A DNA stretch of 64,000 nucleotides, taken from assembly GCF_009914755.1 (NCBI RefSeq), contig NC_060941.1, one strand, 5' to 3'. The notes under the pieces were generated by a model. That model was not told the origin of the DNA, made no database searches, and worked only from the letters and a program-made list of their open reading frames with translations. Below, in pieces: positions 55,744 through 64,000 of the stretch. Position numbers and translations under genes: made by a program. Within the stretch, counting starts at the first letter, position 1, and every line of letters begins with the position of its first letter. Origin of the DNA: the human T2T-CHM13v2.0 reference genome, Homo sapiens.

Positions 55744-57300
55744 GTTAGACTGGGGTGGGAGTGGGGGATTGTGTTCTGGTATTGAGGTGCTGGTGTCTCT
55801 TGCTAGCGGGTGATGGGTGTGTCGTGCCCCTCCTGGCAGGACCCTGAGCCCCCTCCCTGGCCTTTCATCCTGTCTGTCTTCTTGAGTGTTTTCCCTTTCC
55901 ACTCCTGCTCCTGTGGTACCCCTCTGGCCGGGACACCCAGGAGAATGTGTCAGGAGGAACTTCATCCACACAGGGCAGGGGCTCTGAGCGATGCTTTGGG
56001 TGGGGAGGGGCACCGCCGGGATGCTGGCTTCTCTCCAAATGGGCCTCTGAATCCAGGCCGGGCATTGCCTCTCTCCTTCCCAGGCGAGGGACTCCCTGGC
56101 GAGGAGGTGGTTTGGGACTGGGGGTGAGAGCAGATCGTAGGTCCCACCTGGCCTGGAGCTAGGCCGAGGGTGGGGAGGAGGAGGTGATGTCAGGAGCCTC
56201 AGGCCCCACATCCTCCTCCCCCATCCTGTTCCCAGCCCCGTGCCTCCCCCATTCCGCTCTGGCTAGCAGTGGGTTGGGGAGTTGGGGGAAGGGTGGAGGC
56301 AGGGCTGTTTTTGTTTCTCCTAAGCCAGGAAGTTGTGTGGATGAGTCAAGGTTGAATGGAGAGCCCTAGGCAGTGTTGTCCCGCCCGCCCTGACTCACCT
56401 GTCCCCCAAATCCCCTGATGCCCTCACTGAAGGGTCAGGTGCCTGCTCCCTCCTGAGGGGTCAATCCCAGGTGCCCCAGGTGGCCTCATAGTACTGGCCC
56501 AGTGTTTGGAGAACAGGCTGGGGGCTGGGATTGCAGGTTCTCCCAGGTCTCAGCCCGGCCAAAGGGGTCTGCTGGGTTCCTGCGGAGAAGGTGCCAGCCC
56601 CACCTCCACCTCTAGTGCTCGTCTTTGCCTGCTGTCCTGTCTTTACTTGTCTTGAGTGTCTGTGCAGCCCCTATAAGTGATAAGACATGGGTGAGATTGG
56701 CCTTGCCTGGGGGTACCAGGTGCCCTCAGACAAATGGGTGGATAGGACAGGTGCACAGTAATGGATGATGCGGCCCCCGCACAGTGCTGAGAGAGAGTCA
56801 TTCAGTCTGAATGTGGAAGGCCAGGAAGGCTTCTCAGAGGAGGTGGCTCTAGCACTGGGGCTTCAGGAAAGAGTTGGGCAGGAGGATGGCCTGGGGAGGG
56901 TACGCAAGGTTTGGGGGCTGCTGGGGCCAGGACCCCTACCCCAGGCCCTGCTCTCCCCCTTGCACTGCAGCGGAGCCCGCTCTCCTGCCTTTCTGACTCC
57001 CATCCTTCCCCACCTCCTTCTCCCCTCTGCATCACTCATCACTTGGGCAGGCCAAACCTCGCCAAGTATGAACAGGCTCTGGCAACTGGGTCTGGCAACA
57101 AAGTGCTGGAAAAACCCGGGGCACAGCCCAGCGCAGTGAGTGCCCCACACGTGGAGGCAAAGGAGTGGGCCTTTGCCCTGACCCTGAGGGCTGAGCCTGA
57201 GAGTCTGTGGGTTGTGAAATCTGTTGTGACCACCAGGCTTGTGGTGGGTGGACCCTCAGCTCTTCCTGTGAGCAACTTTGTGCTAAAGAAAGAGCACTGG

Positions 57301-57570
57301 AGCCGGGCGTGGTGGCTTACGCCTGTAATCCCAGCACTTTGGGAGGCCAAGGCGGGCGGATCAGGAGTTCAAGACCAGCCTGGCCAACATGGTGAAACCC
57401 TGTCTCTACTAAAAATACAAAAATTAGACGGGCGTGGTGGTGGGCACCTGTAATCCCAGTTACTCGGGAGGTTAAGGCACGAGAATTACTTGAACCCAGG
57501 AGGTGGAGGTTGCAGTGAGTGGAGATGACGCCGCTGCAAAAAAAAAAAAAAAAAAAGGAGAAAAAAAACA
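57301..57570 (+). mobile_element. Alu with internal deletions, TSD AGAAAGAGCACTGGA, inserted in a MIR
   Basis: 15-bp flanking direct repeat. Confidence 0.88.
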
Positions 57571-57865
57571 GAAAGAGCACTGGACTTGGAGTCTAAACAC
57601 AGGTTCTACTCCCGACTCACCTGTGACTGAGGGCAAGAATGCTTTCTTCTCAGAGACTCGGTGTCCCCTTTTGTAAAATGAGGCTCATTCTGTCCTTCCC
57701 CAAGGGCTTCAGGGAAACTCCAGTTAGAGCAGTGAGGTGCTAGGTAAACTCTGAGGGGCACCCTAACCGCCGTGTGAGGTCAGGAGGTCTGAATTCTCTC
57801 ATCCCCTCTCCCCAGGACAAGGGCACACAACTGGTTCCGTTAAGCCCCTCTCTCGCTCAGACGCC

Positions 57866-60800
57866 ATGGAGCTGGATCTGTCTCCACCTCATCTTAGCAG
57901 CTCTCCGGAAGACCTTTGCCCAGCCCCTGGGACCCCTCCTGGGACTCCCCGGCCCCCTGATACCCCTCTGCCTGAGGAGGTAAAGAGGTCCCAGCCTCTC
58001 CTCATCCCAACCACCGGCAGGTACGATGGGGCGTGGGGCTTGGGGGAGGTCAGTGCTGGATAATACACAGAGGCTTGCAGGCCACTGCTCCCTTCCCCAC
58101 ACCTCTCTCCCTTTTTCTTCTTGCCACAGGAAACTTCGAGAGGAGGAGAGGCGTGCCACCTCCCTCCCCTCTATCCCCAACCCCTTCCCTGAGCTCTGCA
58201 GTCCTCCCTCACAGAGCCCAATTCTCGGGGGCCCCTCCAGTGCAAGGGGGCTGCTCCCCCGCGATGCCAGCCGCCCCCATGTGAGTTGTCCCTCAGAAGG
58301 GAAGGGAGGGATGCACGGGTTCTGGGTCTGTGGGAGATACACAGCCGCTTCCATGGAGGCAGGGGATCTTGGTTAGGAGTCCCTGAGGGTCTAGCAGGTG
58401 CGGAAAGGGAATGAATCACCCTTTGCCTCCCCTCAAGTCGTGTGCAATTCCTGGGGCGCAGGTAGTAAAGGTGTACAGTGAGGATGGGGCCTGCAGGTCT
58501 GTGGAGGTGGCAGCAGGTGCCACAGCTCGCCACGTGTGTGAAATGCTGGTGCAGCGAGCTCACGCCTTGAGCGACGAGACCTGGGGGCTGGTGGAGTGCC
58601 ACCCCCACCTAGCACTGGGTAAGTCAGGTGCATGGAACTATCCGGGCTGGGAGATGATGCCTTGCATCTTGGGCTAGGCATGTGGCTCATCCAGGAGATC
58701 TGGTTGATCTCCAATAACCCCTGCTTTTTGCCCTTGTCCCCAGAGCGGGGTTTGGAGGACCACGAGTCCGTGGTGGAAGTGCAGGCTGCCTGGCCCGTGG
58801 GCGGAGATAGCCGCTTCGTCTTCCGGAAAAACTTCGCCAAGTACGAACTGTTCAAGAGCTCCCCAGTGAGTGCATGAGGGCTGTCTGGGCGCTGGGATGC
58901 CCTGATCCTCAACCTGGATGCTGGAGCCCTGATCCCTGACACTTGTCTACCCACAGCACTCCCTGTTCCCAGAAAAAATGGTCTCCAGCTGTCTCGATGC
59001 ACACACTGGTATATCCCATGAAGACCTCATCCAGGTGGGGGGACCCCCCATTTCACTGCAGATTCACGACTCCCCAGCATTGGCCAGTGCTTCTCCACCC
59101 TTAAGTCCTGTGCCTCCCCTCTATGTTGTAGAAAGAGCCAAATCACAGTCCTGTGTGACTGGGGACAGTCACTTTCCCTGCCTGAGCATCAGTTTCTTCT
59201 ATTAAATGGGGGCGAGAAATGCATGTGGAGCATTTCCTTGTAAAAACCTGAGGGTGGGCTGGGCACGGTGGCTCATGCCTATAATCCCAGCACTTTGGGA
59301 GGCTGAGGCGGGAGGATTACTTAAGCCTAGAAGTTTGAGAGTTTGAGACCAGCCTGGGCAACATAATGAGACCTCGTCTCTCCAAAAAAAAAAAAAAAAA
59401 AAAAAAAAGGCCAGGAATGGTGGCATGAGCCTGTAGTCCCAGGTGCTTGGGAGGCTGAGGTGGGAGGATCACTTGAGCTCGGGAGGTCGAGGTTGCAGTG
59501 AGCTGTGATCGTGCCACCGCACTAGCATGAGACCCTGTCTCAAAAAGAAAAAGAAAAAGAGAAACATCCTGGTGGTAGAGGGGAAGGGAGGAGGTCAGAC
59601 CTGTCACTCTCCTCTGCTCTCCTCTGGCTCAGAACTTCCTGAATGCTGGCAGCTTTCCTGAGATCCAGGGCTTTCTGCAGCTGCGGGGTTCAGGACGGAA
59701 GCTTTGGAAACGCTTTTTCTGCTTCTTGCGCCGATCTGGCCTCTATTACTCCACCAAGGGCACCTCTAAGGTAAGGTCTTGAGGGTACCAGCCCCAGCCC
59801 CTCCAGTCCCTGGTCCTTTTAGAAGTTGCCCCTTCTCTGCTGGAACCTCTGAGCCCTTCTCCCCCTGGGCCCCCCAGGCCAGCCACCTCCAGTTTACCAT
59901 CTCTCCCTACATCCTTGCCTAGCTCACCTGCCCAGGGAGGTAGCAGGAGAAAAGATGATCTTAGTTTAAGTCCTGGCTCTACTTCTATTTGCTGTGTGAC
60001 CCTGGGTATTCCCCTGCCCCTCTCTGGTCCTGAAATCTCCCCACCTGGCTTGTGGGGGGAGGTAATAGTGGGCGGGATCTACCTGTACCAAGTCCTGCTC
60101 ACTCATGCTGCTTAGGATCCGAGGCACCTGCAGTACGTGGCAGATGTGAACGAGTCCAACGTGTACGTGGTGACGCAGGGCCGCAAGCTCTACGGGATGC
60201 CCACTGACTTCGGTTTCTGTGTCAAGGTGAAGACCTGGCCAGGCCTGGCCCCTGGCCTGGGGAAGCAGGAACTGCTCAGGCCCCTGGATCCTGCCCGGGG
60301 CTTCTGAGCCCCAATTCAGACACCTAGACTCCTCTCCCTGCACCCTGGCCTGCTGGAAACTCCTGGATTCAGCTCTGCTATGTGGAGCAGGGGCAGACAT
60401 GTGGTCCTAAAGGCAGATATGGGACCAGTCAATTTCCTCTCTCTGCAGCCCAACAAGCTTCGAAATGGCCACAAGGGGCTTCGGATCTTCTGCAGTGAAG
60501 ATGAGCAGAGCCGCACCTGCTGGCTGGCTGCCTTCCGCCTCTTCAAGGTGAGACCCTGGGAGTGGCATGGGGGGCTGGCCTGGCCAGAGGGATCCCCAGC
60601 TCTGCCCTCAGGAAGTCTCAGGAATGAGGAGGGCATCACAGCCTTGCTCTCTGATAACCCCCAGTCCAAGCCTGAAGTTATAGGAAGTGCCCATCGAAGG
60701 CAGAAACACAGCCCTGGTCTGGGCAAGTCCTGGTCTGAGGGGGGCGTCACAGCCACGCCCCCAGGACCTCTCGACCTCAAGCTCTCTTTCTCTCCCCACC

Positions 60801-62460
60801 CCCAGTACGGGGTGCAGCTGTACAAGAATTACCAGCAGGCACAGTCTCGCCATCTGCATCCATCTTGTTTGGGCTCCCCACCCTTGGTGAGTGTGCCCAA
60901 GGGGATGGGAGGGTGGGTATGCAGGCCCTGTCTTACGGGTACCTGGGCCCTGTTCTGACCTCTCTCCTCTCCTTCCATCTCCAGAGAAGTGCCTCAGATA
61001 ATACCCTGGTGGCCATGGACTTCTCTGGCCATGCTGGGCGTGTCATTGAGAACCCCCGGGAGGCTCTGAGTGTGGCCCTGGAGGAGGCCCAGGCCTGGAG
61101 GGTGAGGCCTGCTGTGTGTGTGTGTGTTTGTGCTGGGGACCCACTCTCTGGGTGGGATCCCTGAAATAGGAGGGAGGAAGAGAGGGCGGGGGGAGGCCCC
61201 TGGCTGGGAAGAAGTGCTCTACCTTCCTGAGGTGCTGGGTAATGCCCCCAAGCACGCCCCGACTCTCCCGTATCTCCCACTGCTCCACAGAAGAAGACAA
61301 ACCACCGCCTCAGCCTGCCCATGCCAGCCTCCGGCACGAGCCTCAGTGCAGGTGGGTGACGGCCCCGAGTCCTGGGGCGGGGGCTGCCTCAACTTCTCTT
61401 TGTATTCCCAGTGGGGAGTAGATGGTATAGGGGTCCCCTCCCCAAAGTGACCGCCCATGTCCTTCCCCACCACAGCCATCCACCGCACCCAACTCTGGTT
61501 CCACGGGCGCATTTCCCGTGAGGAGAGCCAGCGGCTTATTGGACAGCAGGGCTTGGTAGACGGGTAAGGGGCAGGGCCGGGCAACAGACCCAGGGATAAG
61601 AGAGACTGGGGTCCAGGTGGCAGCCATGGTCCTTGGGTAGTAATGCTGCCCCATCTCCTGTCTTCTGGCAGCCTGTTCCTGGTCCGGGAGAGTCAGCGGA
61701 ACCCCCAGGGCTTTGTCCTCTCTTTGTGCCACCTGCAGAAAGTGAAGCATTATCTCATCCTGCCGGTGAGCTTCCCTGCGTCCCCGGAGTCCTGCAATGA
61801 GACACAGGACTCCCAGCAACCTGTCCTCCTCACCAGGCCCCTCCAGAGGCTCCCTGGCCCCCAGTGCGTCTCCCTTTTCCCTGCACAAGAAGTGGGAGGC
61901 TGAGTGCGGTGGCTCACACCTGTAATCCCAGCACTTAGGACGGCCAAGGTGGGAGAATGGCTTGAGCCCAGGAGTTCGAGACCAGCCTGGGCAACACAGG
62001 GAGACCCCATCTCTACAAATAATTTAAAAATGAGCCAGGCATGGTGGTGCACACCTGTAGTCCAGCTACTCAGGAGGCTGAGGTGGGAGCATTGCTTGAG
62101 CCCAGAGGGTCAAGGCTGCAGTGAGCCATGGTGGCACCACCACACTCCAGCCTGGATGACACAGTGAGAAAACTGTCTCAAAAAAAAAAAAAGAAAGAAA
62201 AAGAAAAAGAAAAAAGAAAAGAATAAAAGGAAATGGTGGGGCCCTGGCCCAGGAGGGAGCTTCCCAAGCCTCGGGCCCCTCCCTGAACTTCCACCCCCTT
62301 TACTGTACCCCAGAGCGAGGAGGAGGGCCGCCTGTACTTCAGCATGGATGATGGCCAGACCCGCTTCACTGACCTGCTGCAGCTCGTGGAGTTCCACCAG
62401 CTGAACCGCGGCATCCTGCCGTGCTTGCTGCGCCATTGCTGCACGCGGGTGGCCCTCTGA
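57866..62460 (+). CDS. GRB7: Growth factor receptor-bound protein 7, 532 aa (Pro-rich, RA, PH, BPS, SH2)
   Basis: Exons: 57866-58020, 58130-58280, 58462-58618, 58744-58865, 58957-59034, 59633-59770, 60116-60226, 60449-60547, 60806-60886, 60985-61101, 61291-61351, 61476-61563, 61672-61765, 62314-62460 (sum 1599 nt). Starts [10 protein letters not shown]; SH2 motifs WFHGRISR and FLVRES; ends CCTRVAL*. Confidence 0.98.
59257..59560 (+). mobile_element. Alu in a GRB7 intron
   Basis: Alu consensus. Confidence 0.88.
61898..62230 (+). mobile_element. Alu in the last GRB7 intron
   Basis: Alu consensus. Confidence 0.88.
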
Positions 62461-62825
62461 CCAGGCCGTGGACTGGCTCATGCCTCAGCCCGCCTTCAGG
62501 CTGCCCGCCGCCCCTCCACCCATCCAGTGGACTCTGGGGCGCGGCCACAGGGGACGGGATGAGGAGCGGGAGGGTTCCGCCACTCCAGTTTTCTCCTCTG
62601 CTTCTTTGCCTCCCTCAGATAGAAAACAGCCCCCACTCCAGTCCACTCCTGACCCCTCTCCTCAAGGGAAGGCCTTGGGTGGCCCCCTCTCCTTCTCCTA
62701 GCTCTGGAGGTGCTGCTCTAGGGCAGGGAATTATGGGAGAAGTGGGGGCAGCCCAGGCGGTTTCACGCCCCACACTTTGTACAGACCGAGAGGCCAGTTG
62801 ATCTGCTCTGTTTTATACTAGTGAC

Positions 62826-62831
62826 AATAAA
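62826..62831 (+). terminator. GRB7 poly(A) signal AATAAA
   Basis: Canonical hexamer ~365 nt after the stop codon, preceded by TGTA at ~62778. Confidence 0.85.
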
Positions 62832-62888
62832 GATTATTTTTTGATACACCTATGAGTTCTGTCTGGCAAGGCCTGGCTGGCTGAATCA

Positions 62889-64000
<1,112 letters not shown>

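Overview
Human (primate) genomic DNA from the 17q12 HER2 amplicon core. Left to right: the 5' end of PGAP3 (minus strand, coding exons 1-3, continuing off the left edge); a bidirectional CpG promoter shared with the distal non-coding ERBB2 first exons; the complete ERBB2/HER2 gene (27 coding exons summing to 3768 nt, 1255 aa, carrying the Val655 allele) with intronic MIR4728; MIEN1 (minus, 115 aa, CxxC and CAAX motifs); and complete GRB7 (14 coding exons, 532 aa, four candidate alternative first exons). Introns are dense in Alu, MIR, L1, L2 and Tigger remnants. Exon boundaries were read from GT-AG sites and checked by phase and length sums. This is a very well studied locus and I found no convincing new gene or system. 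The most notable sequence-level observations are: three consecutive ERBB2 introns (4-6) that are in frame and stop-free; an alternative frame in GRB7 exon 2 entered by ATGs from two different first exons; an exact 20-bp RFX-like motif pair bracketing the ERBB2 promoter; an intragenic duplication (introns 7 and 9) containing a TSD-flanked 15-nt Alu remnant; an in-frame Alu cassette exon; and inverted Alus around exons 3-7, whose back-splice junction itself creates a stop codon. Isoform names, repeat family names and literature links are from memory and were not checked against a database.
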